Assembly (NCBI RefSeq): GCF_000143415.4
Contig: NW_003314407.1
Location: 124,001 to 188,000, forward strand
Direction: 5' to 3'
Length of the DNA: 64,000 bases
Origin: Selaginella moellendorffii
Taxonomy: Eukaryota; Plantae; Lycopodiophyta
Each line of letters opens with the position of its first letter. The stretch's first letter is position 1. A model generated the notes under the pieces. The model was not told the DNA's origin. It did no database searches and saw nothing but the letters and a program-made list of their open reading frames with translations. The translations under genes were made by a program, and so were the position numbers. Below are positions 23,650 through 34,651 of the stretch, piece by piece.

Positions 23650-25048
23650 ACGCAATGCTGAAGGGGAGAGAAGCCACGGGCGCTGCCGAGAATGAGAGAT
23701 GGGAGGCCAAGACGTGGAGCAGGAACTGAGAACCTCTGTGCCCCCTGCTTCCGCCCCACCTGGTATACACAAAATGAGAGAAGGGGCATGGGCTTATATG
23801 CTCTATTTCAGGGGCTTGTCACCGCCATGGAGAGTTTGTGAGAAGGGAAGGGAGAGAGACTAGATCGGAAGAGGAAATTGATTAAAATGTGGAGGTGTCA
23901 CCAAAGCAATGTTTGAAATTTATGTAACCTTTATTGAGCTTAGAATTCTTCCTCTCACATCGTTCGACTTGGCTTCCTATTCGATTTATTTATCAAACAA
24001 TGAATGAACCATACCACAGCAAATGTGTCACACAGATTTTCCAATTTTGCGGCAGCCACAATCTGTCATGGCCATTTAGTCTCGGCCGAAATGGGCTGGT
24101 CAGCGTGGTCAACGAGCCGCGCTCAACGTGTGAGCGAAGATTCAGCTTTAGCTTTGGCCAGAGGTGTACATTTTTCTACGTGAAATGATTACCTAGAGAG
24201 ATTATTCAAGGAAGAACATGCTCTGCCTAGAAGAATTTGAAAACATGGCACTTTGTGGATCAAACCTTGGAAGTAAGTGATCTTTTAGTTGTCTAGCTTG
24301 AAATCATCACATTCCTCTTAAAACTTTCTCCAAGCTTGGATCTCTGGACTCCCGGGAGGAGATGGTAGATTTTTCCCGTGACGGACTACAGTCTCCTGCT
24401 GGAGTTTCGCGGGGTGGCCAAGCTGGAGAAGGAGATCATCGCGCAGACAAACGTGGAGAAGGGCTTTGTCGCGCAGTCCACTTGATGTCCGCCGGTGGCG
24501 CTGCCGAGGAGCCGAGTGTGGGCTTTAGGGACTGTACAAATAACAGGGTGAATGTCACTAATAAGAGCTATATCAGTTGTGTTAATTATGACGGAGTTGC
24601 ACTTGATGTAAGATTTGAAATCTGGAAGTTTGTGTGCAATACAGTAAAATTTCTTTAAGTTGCATAGCTAAATCAAGAGTTACAAAGTTATAAATGAATT
24701 TTGGAGTGAGGAAACAAATATTAAAGAGGTACACTTGAATTCCACCATATTGATGTTTGTCAACTAGAATTGGAATTCGAATTTTGGATGTAATAGAGAT
24801 CTCTATACGGTAGTTTCCTCTTCAAACTTAATGGCCTCTCAAAATAAAGATTACCAACATTGTCCAAAACAACTCATGTACCTAATCAATGGATATGCAA
24901 AGTTCACAACATAGTATTTTTCCACACCTGAAACATTTTTATGGAGAAGTCATATGTCAATACAATGACAAATTCAATATTGTCAACTAAACATAGATGA
25001 CTTTGAGTATTTGCTGCGACTTTTGATGATTATCAAGTACTTGGGTGG

Positions 25049-27660
25049 CTAAGTACAAACACATTGGGGCCCTCCCCATCCTTGCGAGGCAAAGATGGAC
25101 AGTGCCACCAGCAGCCCTCCACAGATGTATTTCCAAATGTTTGGCCACTGCTCCTCTAAATAGCTTCCAAAGTCTTTGGAGAACTCTGTGTCGGAGAGGC
25201 TGGGTAACTTGCCCTCAAAATCTGTGTCGAGGCTGGGTATCTCCTCAGAAGCTGTGTCGCCTACCTTGGGCTTGGACGACGGATCATAGCTTGGCTCGGT
25301 TAGAAGGCCAGAATTAGATTTTGCCACACCTTTCTCGTCTTCCGTCTTGCAAGTAGCCACAAAGCCCATACGCTCGGCCAGGCTTACTGGCCTGTGATCT
25401 TCGATCACAAAGTCAAGAAAGGAGGTGATGTTCGAGTACTTGCTATGTAGAGCCTCGTCCTTGACAAAGACCTGGAGCTTGGTCTCGTACCAGAAGGTTC
25501 GGCGGATCGCGCTAGCAAGCCATGAGAACTCCCAGGATAACCATGTAGCTGCCACACGTTCCTGCCAAACTTCAAACAGCATGGCACCAGCACCGTGGGG
25601 CACTGGGGACTAGGCAGTGGATAGACAAAAGCTCCTCCAGTGTCCTGCATAGACGAGAATCAGAGGAAGTATAGCACTACTGATTAGATCTTACACGTCA
25701 TATAGCAAGGATAGAGCTTCCTTCCTCTGCATGCTCTCGACAAAAGACGGGACACGCTCCAAGTATCCCAAGGGTGATTGAAGAACCTGTGAGGCAACCA
25801 AACGAGAATGAGACAATGAAACAGCAACCATAACGCTTACCACTTCTTCTGCAGCTTCAATGAGATGGATCTTCCACTTCTTCTGCTTCGATATCTGGAT
25901 CTTCCACTTCTTTTGCTTCCATATCTGCTTCCATGTTGGGATCTTCCACTTCTGCTTCGAAAATAGTCCCATCCCTTGCGAGACAGTCATCTGCAATGAG
26001 GAGTTAGATGTCTAAAGAAAAACAAGGTTAAACTGTGCACGCACAGCTAATGTTTCGGAACGCTGCGAATGGAAACGTAGGGCTCCTCTCCAGCCACAGC
26101 CTGGCGTGCGTAACACAGAAGTAGACCGCGAGGCGGTGGGAGAGAAAGACGGAGTGAGGTGGCCGACGCGTCACCAGGTGCAAAGCGGACAGAAGCTCCT
26201 TGAATTCGATGTTTGTGACGTGACGCCGCCGCCATGCGCGAGGCTCTCGCTCCCCGTCCGCTTCCAAGTCCTCGGTCCGGTCTACCCCGGTATAGCCAAG
26301 GACGGCGCCGAGGCTGCTCCGATAAACCTTTTCCCAATCCGCTGCCTCAGGAACGTAGCCTTCTTTGTAGAGTTTGGTCACCTCGCATTCCACAGCCTCT
26401 AGACGATCGGCCTCGTCACCTCTGGCTCTGGCCTCCTTGATCCTGCTCCGGAGAGTGGCCAGCGAGGTGGCACAGCTCGGCCCATCCGCGTCACGTCTCG
26501 GTGGCGAGAGGAAGTACGTGCTTCGAACAACTTTGGCTACGATGGTGCGAAGCTTGCCATGCTGCGGGTGCTCCCTGAAAGAAAAAACCAAGAGAAATTT
26601 ATTAGAAGCCCTCGGAGTCGGCGTACATCTCACCTTTGCTAATCTTCTTCGACTGCATCCAGGGCGAGCATGGTGCCATCGTTGCTCAGTGCTCCCGTGG
26701 GGAGGGGCTGGAGGATTGACGAGAAAAAGTTGACAAGAGCGGAGAGGGCTTCCTCCGTGACGCCTGCGGAGGATGGGCAGGTACGGAGCTCGGCAACGTT
26801 GCCCTTGAGCAGCGACGACAGATAAAGCAGCGCCACCAACCTGAAGAGATGGGGATCAGACCTCGGGAAGCCAGTTGTCACAACCCCAGATATACACCTG
26901 GAGCTCGTGGAAGCACTCGGCATCGCGCAGGTCTTGCTGTGCGCACTACCAGTTTCTTGTTGAGATCCTTGAGGAACTGATAGACATCCCACTCAGCCCT
27001 GGATCCGGGATATAAGGCAGCGCGGACAACACCCTCCATCCTTACTCCACTCTTTATAAGCCGGGATAAAGGCCCGCACCTTGAGAGAAGTCTCTTGCAA
27101 AATCGTTTGCTTCTCCAGCAACATACGGCACCCCAACACTTGCAATGCATGGTAAGTAGGAGACGGCAACTCTGGACAGCGGCCTCTTGTAACAGATGCT
27201 TCCAGGGAGGACGTGGAGCAGGAGGTTGGCAAACCTGCAAGTACTCAGATCCCGACGTCTCGTTCCCGGTCGCAGAATGCGGCTCCCAAGAGCTCGCAGC
27301 AAAGATGCAAGTGCTGTGAGGACGTGTCTGCTGATCTCTCCCCGTATGATCAACATTGATTCGCTGATTTTCGGTAATACAGGTCGATCATAAGCAGCAG
27401 TTCGATGCTCCCAAAGAACTGCAAAAGACGAAAAGCCACAGAGCATTGTTCTGAGAATGCGATGACAAACCTATAACCGCGAGGACTGTATTGATTCACA
27501 ACCAGAAAACCAATAGCAAAGCACCGCCTCTGCCAAAATCTACAGCGCACAGAAAACTCTCTCAAACATATTTGTTTACTGGTTATGAAATCGAGGAACA
27601 AGCGGGATTGAAAATGATCGAGCTCCACGTGCTGTAACTGTAAGTCTGAAGTCATCTGAA
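25049..27660 (-). pseudogene. Multi-exon gene remnant of unknown family with a C-terminal hydrophobic segment
   Basis: Minus-strand ORFs 27054-27446, 26639-26992, 26028-26633 and 25049-25603 are separated by ~55-60 bp GT-AG-like introns (e.g. ~26576-26633) but carry stops and frameshifts. Acidic EAEVEDP-type repeats at ~25860-25960; ends WKYICGGLLVALSIFASQGW. Confidence 0.45.
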
Positions 27661-27879
27661 ATGTATATGTAACCGTTTTGATGCATGTTTTCTTTGTCTG
27701 TAGCTTGTGAAAAAGCTACTAGGCCTATAGACGTTTGATCACTCGTCTTTGATACAGCTTAGTTCGTTATCAAACTAAGTTCAGTTGAACATTTAACATG
27801 CTGTAAGAGTTTCCAAAAACTATGGCGGAACGGAAAGCTTATTGAATCAGGCTGTGGAATAGACACTTCCAATAACATA

Positions 27880-28115
27880 TCACGTACGCTTAAAGGAATT
27901 GGAAAGAGCAGGACATTCAGATCTGCACAAGCGCGATGAAGGAGACCGACTGTTGTGCTGTTTTGTGGACTTCAAAAATGTGTTCGACGCCGTTCGATGG
28001 CACGCAATCAGAGCACCACCCGACATCGTGAACACAATCCGCCACCTCTACACATGCATTCAAGCCGCGCTGGCTGTCCCATGCGATGCAGGGTCAAGCA
28101 GGGATACCCGATTTT
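27880..28115 (+). mobile_element. Non-LTR (LINE) reverse transcriptase remnant
   Basis: LLCCFVDFKNVFDAVRW (cf. FVDFxKAFDSV), then IVNTIRHLY, and in another frame RVKQGYPIL (cf. GVKQGCPLS). Confidence 0.7.
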
Positions 28116-28379
28116 AGCTTGGTCTAATTTTCAACATGAAGAGATTATTCAAGGAAGAACATGTCAACAAGAACATGCTTTGTGTAAATTCAAGGAAGAA
28201 TTTGAAATAACAAACAAAACAAACTTACATACCATCGATAGATGGAACTCGGAGGAACAGCTTGTGACCGCTGCTGTTAACTTGTGCCACCACCGTAGCG
28301 CACTTGTGCAATTTGTCCATGCTCTGTGTCAACTAGTCAGCTCGGGATCCTCTCCCTCATATCCACCTTGAGTCCTGCC

Positions 28380-29365
28380 TCATCTTCTAGATCTTCCAGC
28401 AGAGCCTTCTCTAGGTTGTAAGTGAGTATCTCGTCCGAGAGACGAGCTAGCTCCACTTTCCAGTATACTCACAATCATCTCCACAACTTGTTGGTCTGCC
28501 GTATCGAACGTGGTGTCTGGGATTCCAGGAATTGACACTGAAGTCGCCTGGGGTTTACTTCGTCGGCTCGAGACTGAGATAGTTCTTCTCCTTTCTGAGC
28601 TTGCGCTTGACGAACTCCTCGCACTTGGCCAAGCACCGACCAAAGACGATCTCAACTTTCTCGCCATAGAGAACTGAAAAAGCTGGGCCATCCTAGGCCT
28701 GAAGTGTGGCTCAACACCAAGTTTGCGGCCGTGTCCTGGACATAGTCGTGAGCAGAGGTAACAGCCTGGAAACATATTTCTTCCATCTTGCTGGCCACAA
28801 GCACCAACGATGGAAGAAAGTTTGGCAGTTCCACTCCCTTGGACTCGACCAGGAAACCAGCAACAGTGTCAAGATTCTCGCAGCTTGAAAAGTCGGGATA
28901 GCTGGCCGAGAGTTCCCTCTGAAAATCCTTGTATAGGCGAACAGTGTAGTGCATCTGCTTATCACTTCCAGACTTGATATACTTTCCTGTCACAAGCTGC
29001 TCCAGCTGCTTCTGTACCTTGCAAACACCCTTGTAGTGTTCAAACGAAGGATCTGCCACACCATGTCTTGGACAGGTGCTTGTTCTCTTCAAACAGATAT
29101 TTCTCCTGTGCTCTAGCTTCTTTGTGGGAGCTCTCATTATCCGTCTTGTTTCCGGACACAAACGTAGCCCGGCCCAACCTTGACCATGTTGGTGACAACT
29201 TTGTTGTAGAGACCTTTGGGAGCACAGTCTACTTTCCAGCGTCCTGCTCGTCAACTTGCTTGTCAATGACATGCAGGTCAAAAAGTCTGTTGGCTGGCTA
29301 ATTATCAAGCTGGCAAGGGACTTGACTTCTCACTAGATTGATCACCAATGGTTGGCAGCTTGAGG
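28380..29365 (-). pseudogene. Dynamin-related DRP4/Mx-like GTPase pseudogene (longest remnant)
   Basis: Degenerate P-loop LKLPTIGDQSSEKSS (~29310-29365), EKYLFEENKHLSK, ESKGVELPNFLP and GED-like end QQVVEMIVSILESGA; many deletions and frameshifts. Confidence 0.75.
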
Positions 29366-29384
29366 CCTTTTTTAAACATTTGGG

Positions 29385-31718
29385 TGTAAGTTAAAGTTTT
29401 TTCCTTTCCAATTTGTTAATTTACCTTGTCTATTTAACTATCACGGCTTTGGCTTTAATTAAGTTCCTTTGCCAAGGTTCTTGTTTATTATACCAACTCC
29501 TATTTGGTTTTACTTGGTTTCAATTACTCACTGCATGAGCAACGGAACATTAACTATCCATCCATGGATTCCCAAATCTCTCTCAATCCCCCTCCCCGAG
29601 TTAAATAGGACTTAAGGTTCAGCTACACTCCTACAGGCACAAGCAGCCAAACACACTAAGCCATTAGGTTTTTAACATCCCTTGGTATAACAAAACTTGA
29701 TCATATGACATTTTAAATCCCAAACATTAAGTGCAACATTTGTTTTGGGACGCCAGGGGAAAACATTGTGGCCTAACGGCTTAGTATAGGTACCCTTACT
29801 CCCCAAAGGGAAGGCCTAAACCCCTCGGAAGAGTAAGGACCAATAAGCCATAAAGTACTCAAGTGGGGCACCACTCCACATAAGTCGAGAGCACTATAGT
29901 CAGTTTCCTTTCCAGGAGTGGGAGTTATTCTTGAGCACTTCTTTGGGTGGCCCTTCCAACATCACCTAAGTCCATGCTCACTCCTTAACCCCAGTTTCAA
30001 CCTCAAGTCAGTTTAAAAGCACCACTAGAGAGTTCCTTCAAAATTGGTTTTTGGACCTCACTATCCCTACTATACTTTTGAAACTCTTTGCAGACCGCCC
30101 CCCCCGGGAGACGCACGCTTTGGGCTTTTACCCCTTGATCTGTATTAGTACTCTGACTTGGTCTCAGACTCGATCTCGGACTCAATCTTGGATCCAACCT
30201 CGGACTCAGTCTCATACTCGATTTTAGACTTGGTTTTGTACTCAATCTCGGACTCAACCTCAGACTCGATCTCGGACTTAACCTCGGACTCAACCTCAGA
30301 CTCAGTTTCGGACCCGATCTCGGATCTCAGACTCTATCTCAAACTCGGTCTTGGAGTCAAGGACTCAATCTCGCACTTTGTCTCGAACTCAATTTCAGAG
30401 TTGGTCTTGGACTCAATTTTAGGTTTGGTCCTATCTGATGAACTCTTTATCATTTCGGTTGTGTTTTTGTGGATCCTTTAGCTTACGACACCTCGGGGAG
30501 TTGGTTTCTTACACTAGGCCATGTATAAGTAGGATAACAATAGCATTATCATTGTTCACATATGGAGTACAAAGTGGATGATCTGATGTTAGTTTATTTT
30601 CCTAATCTTACGATATTGTAGGCGACTAATTTTTCCATCTCACTTTAGTCACTTAACCACACCTCCGACCACTTGGAGGAGTCTCATTCACAACCTCCAT
30701 AAGTCCAACTCAGGACCTGGGGCTTGCCAGCCCCGAGAATGGCATCCATGCCACTCAACATTTGCACTTGGTCCAAGTGCTCCACGTGTCCGATCCCATG
30801 ACCGACACTCAAAGGTACCACCGACATAGCAGCCCGTTACGCTAAGGCCATGCCCAATCACCTTTGCCACACTGGTAGTCCAATACCACTTGCATCACCG
30901 TCTTGGCTCTCCAAGACTAGGCAAACCCTCTGTGAGTGGTCATCTCAAATCCACTCCTTAGCATCCTTAGGATGCCCACCGACAAGGGGAATAGCCTTCC
31001 CCAATATCCCTCTGTCAGTTCCCACTAAGTCCCTTTCTGCCCCTGGCTGTGTTTGCCAACACTGCCACTGGATCGAGACCCACAGGCCCGACCACTAAGT
31101 CCCACAGTCCTCTGGGACTTCCTCCCCACACGACTGTGTCCTTGGTCACTACCCCAGAGGACTGCTCCTCTTCCTTTCCACAGTCTGGGCCTTTGGGACA
31201 ACATTTCGGAACACCGTGGCCTTACGCGAGCCACCTGGGTACTCTCCTCGCCTTCTGTCCTTGGGTGCTCTAGCCATGGGCTTAGAGCGGGTTCCATTGA
31301 GCCACGACAGGTATCCAAGTAGGTAGTGCCACCCACACTTGGACTGGGAGCATCGGCCAGTCGATCTCCCGGGGGAACTAGAGCCGGCTCTTGAACACTT
31401 CACCAAGCTACCCCGCTTGTCGGTCCATGTTCACTCTAGTCTTGGACTTCCCAGTGGGCAGCTCATCACCCAACACTGGGTCCGGCCTTCCTAGGCCAAA
31501 CTGGCCTTTCCTGGCCAAACTGGCTCCACTGCAGTCCTCCCCCTACTATACTTTTGGAGCTCACCAAACCCCCCAGGGTCTGGGAGACGAACGCTTTGGG
31601 CTTTCACCCTCTCAGGCTCCGGACTCGGACTCGGACTCGGACTCGGACTCGGACTCGGACTCGGACTCGGACTCGGACTCGGACTCGGACTCGGCCTCGG
31701 TCTCGGTCTCGGTCCCGA

Positions 31719-31750
<32 letters not shown>

Positions 31751-32423
31751 CCGGTCTCGGTCTCGACTTCGGACTCCATCTCGGACTCCATCTCGGACTC
31801 CATCTTGGACTCCATCTCGGGTCCATCTCGGACTCCATTTCGGGTCCATCTCGGACTCCATCTCGGACTCCATCTCGGGTCCATCTCGGACTCCATCTCG
31901 GACTCCATTTCGGGTCCATCTCGGGTCCACCTCGGACTCCATCTCGGACTCCATCTCGGACTCCATCTCGGGTCCATCTCGGACTCCATCTCGGACTCCA
32001 TCTCAGGTCCATCTCGGACTCCATTTCGGACTCCATTTCGGGTCCATCTCGGACTCCAATTCGGACTCCAACTCGGGTCCATCTCGGACTCCACTTCGGA
32101 CTCCAACTCGGGTCCATCTCGGACTCCACTTCGGACTCCAACTCGGGTCCGTCTCGGACTCCACTTCGGACTCCAACTCGGGTCCTTCTCGGCCTCCCAC
32201 GTGTCATGTGTTGGCCCTTTTGGGTCCCTTTTTGGAGCCTCGCCTTTTGCTCGCTTCGTGCTCGTTCCTCGAGCACTTCGTTGGGAGTTCCACTCCCGCT
32301 CTTGACTTTTCAAGTCGTAGCTTTTGGTCCAAACGTGTTACGCTCGTTTGGCTCTCGCTTCGGCCACTACCATGTGGCGCCCTTCCAGCTCCACTTTGGG
32401 GCCTAGGGATTTTGTGTCTCACA
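29385..32423. mobile_element. Repeat / LTR-like insertion(s) containing two diverged copies of a GGACTC-based minisatellite block
   Basis: Begins TGTAAG and ends CTCACA. 30030-30440 is a diverged copy of ~31500-32200 (cctactatacttttg...gggagacg.acgctttgggcttt). Related fragments occur at ~8.1 kb and ~11.7 kb. No TSD or coding domain found. Confidence 0.5.
31621..32190. repeat. Compound micro/minisatellite: (GGACTC)12 > (GGTCTC)n > 11/12-mers GGGTCCATCTC/GGACTCCATCTC > ~35-bp higher-order units
   Basis: Read directly; explains the stop-free ORFs seen in all frames here. Confidence 0.95.
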
Positions 32424-32502
32424 GATATGTGATTTATCTAAGGGGCTCTTTATTTAGTAGAAAGGACTATATCAGATGTTATGGAAAGTTGGACTATAAA
32501 TT

Positions 32503-32610
32503 TATGAAGTTTGGCATGATATTCAGCAAGTTATCAAAACATTAAAACGTTAATAATATGAAGTTTGGCATGATATTCAGCAAGTTATCAAAACATTAAA
32601 ACGTTAATAA
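32503..32610. repeat. Perfect 2 x 54-bp tandem duplication
   Basis: tatgaagtttggcatgatattcagcaagttatcaaaacattaaaacgttaataa at 32503 and 32557. Confidence 0.9.
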
Positions 32611-33359
32611 TCTTCCATCATTTCAATGATGTGAGGTCCAAGTATATGGCTACTATATTGTATATTAATATTAACATAGTGGGATTTTAGTATAAATTAG
32701 GGTTTTTGGGCTAATTGATATGCACATTTCTATATTGCATTTCCATATTCTATACACTTACACCTTTTAAAATATAATCTATTTAAAATCTAAATTAATG
32801 ATCTTTTTTTATTGGATCAAGTCTTAGTTGGGAGAACCACCTTCTATGATCTTTCTACTGCGACAAGAGCTATGCAATCCCAATGCAGGCAACACTCTTG
32901 GTCATGTCACCTTTAGGATTTATCATGCACCACCCCCACTGCAAGCACTGGATGTCGCTACATTCAGCAATTCAATTTGGGGCTTCTTGCACACATCACA
33001 ATTTTTCCTGTTGTGAAGGGCATTAGGGACCTAATGAGCACTTTTCAAACTAAAAAAATGAGACTAAATGGTTCATTGTCATTGTCAATCCTCCTCTCTC
33101 ACAGGTGTTTTGATTTATAACATGCCTTTTTATTGAGGTGAGGAGGTTTGACAGAATGCAATAAAACAATGTAGTGTGGGAATGGCAAAGAATCTCGTGC
33201 TCTGGAAGCCTTCTCATGGATGGAAAGCCACCTCCATCAAGGCTTGCTCAGTTCTAGTTGTGGGAAGATGATCTAGAGCTAGAGATTCAAATTTATCAAA
33301 TCATTCGACCTATGCTTCAACTTGATAATGTGAAAGGGATAAATATATTAAAATCTTAT

Positions 33360-33810
33360 TTACATCAAATGCACGGATTTCGAGAAAAAACCCGCTCTAG
33401 AAGCATTTTCTGGACAACATCAATAGCCTTCCTGTAATGCCCATTTTGGGCATTTGCTGTACTTCCAGTACGTGGCTAGAATCCATTGCGCCGTGGATCA
33501 TCCTTCCCTCAGAAATGCTGCCAGCGCTAGAGCAAGCGTGTAGAACGATGCTGAGCGTAGATTCGTTTGGGCACACTCCATCGTGGTGCATTCTCCGGAA
33601 GAGCTGCAGTCGATGCAGCCACACTTCCCATACATGTCCACCAGGAGATTCCCAAGCACCAGCTCGCGATCCATGCCCGTTGTTGTGATTTTCTGGTGGA
33701 GTCTGCCAGGGATTGCGAGGCGGTGCAGTGCCGCACCAGTCGCGACCACGCAAATGCCTCTGCGAGATTTGGGGTGGTGGAGACGAAGGAGAAGAGCAAG
33801 TCCCATGGTA
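33360..33810 (-). pseudogene. 5' fragment of another copy of the 37003-38682 PPR
   Basis: AEAFAWSRLVRHCTASQSLA, MDRELVLGNLLVDMYGKCGCID and LQLFRRMHHDGVCPNESTLSIVLHACSSAG occur in shifting frames. Confidence 0.85.
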
Positions 33811-34651
33811 CTTGTAGGGATAGAATTAACAATTTTGCGCTTGATGATTTCACTCCTGTCTTCCACCTTGCGGTCGCGCAATCACTTCCATCGCTATCAA
33901 CTTCTCTGGATATTAAGCAACGTCTTGGGCAGTAGTTTCACACCGGCAACCCAACGCTTGTGGATCTTGCGCAAACACTCCATCGCCTGCTTCAGAGTCT
34001 CGCCCCCTCAGTGATAATGAGCTTCGAAGGATTGGAGCACTGCTCCCTGATACCACCATCGCTCATCGTAACGACGATTAAGACAGTAGAAGGTCCATGT
34101 TTTGGCTTTGTTTGCTTTCAACTGCGGGGGAGTTCGCAGTGAGTCCCCGGCCCGCAACTGGTGGAGAGGCCGTGAATGCAAGCAACACCACCCGACGTCT
34201 CTTAAATCAAGGGCTTGCGCTCAGAAGAAGAGCTCTTCGTCAAAAGAGGAGATCAAGCGACGGGAACAAGTACAAGGTTATAAAGATGTTCTCGCACACA
34301 ATCTTTGTCTTCCTTTATTAACTCTGTTGGTCCAGATTTAATTGGGGGAATGTAGCAAAACCATTGCAACATCGGCTTTTTGGATCCAGCCACACCCACC
34401 CATCTATCAAATTCTCTATGGTTTCACAGCAATGCACGATCGCCACCCTTCTCGCAGAGCAAATGCAGGTGCCTGTATGGAAGCGATTCTGTCAAGCACT
34501 ATGGGACTCGCTCTTCTTCTTCGTCCCCCCACCCAACGTGTGAGCGAAGCGATCCTTAAATTCAGCTTTCGCTTTGGACAGAGGTGTACATTTTTCTACG
34601 TGAAATTATTAGAGAGATTATTTAATGAAGAACATAGAAGAATTTGAAATT

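Noticed and set aside
24340-24500. Coding-looking fragment (DYSLLLEFRGVAKLEKEIIAQTNVEKGF)
   Set aside because: Too short and bounded by stops; no family assignment possible.
29385-32423. A single 3-kb solo LTR (TG...CA ends)
   Set aside because: Flanks show no matching TSD and the interior holds two differently aged copies, so it is reported only as a composite repeat.
31391-32432. Long ORFs in all frames with SR/RD/WSPR repeats resembling splicing factors
   Set aside because: By-product of the stop-free GGACTC-based satellite; also not a CRISPR array, since there are no unique spacers.
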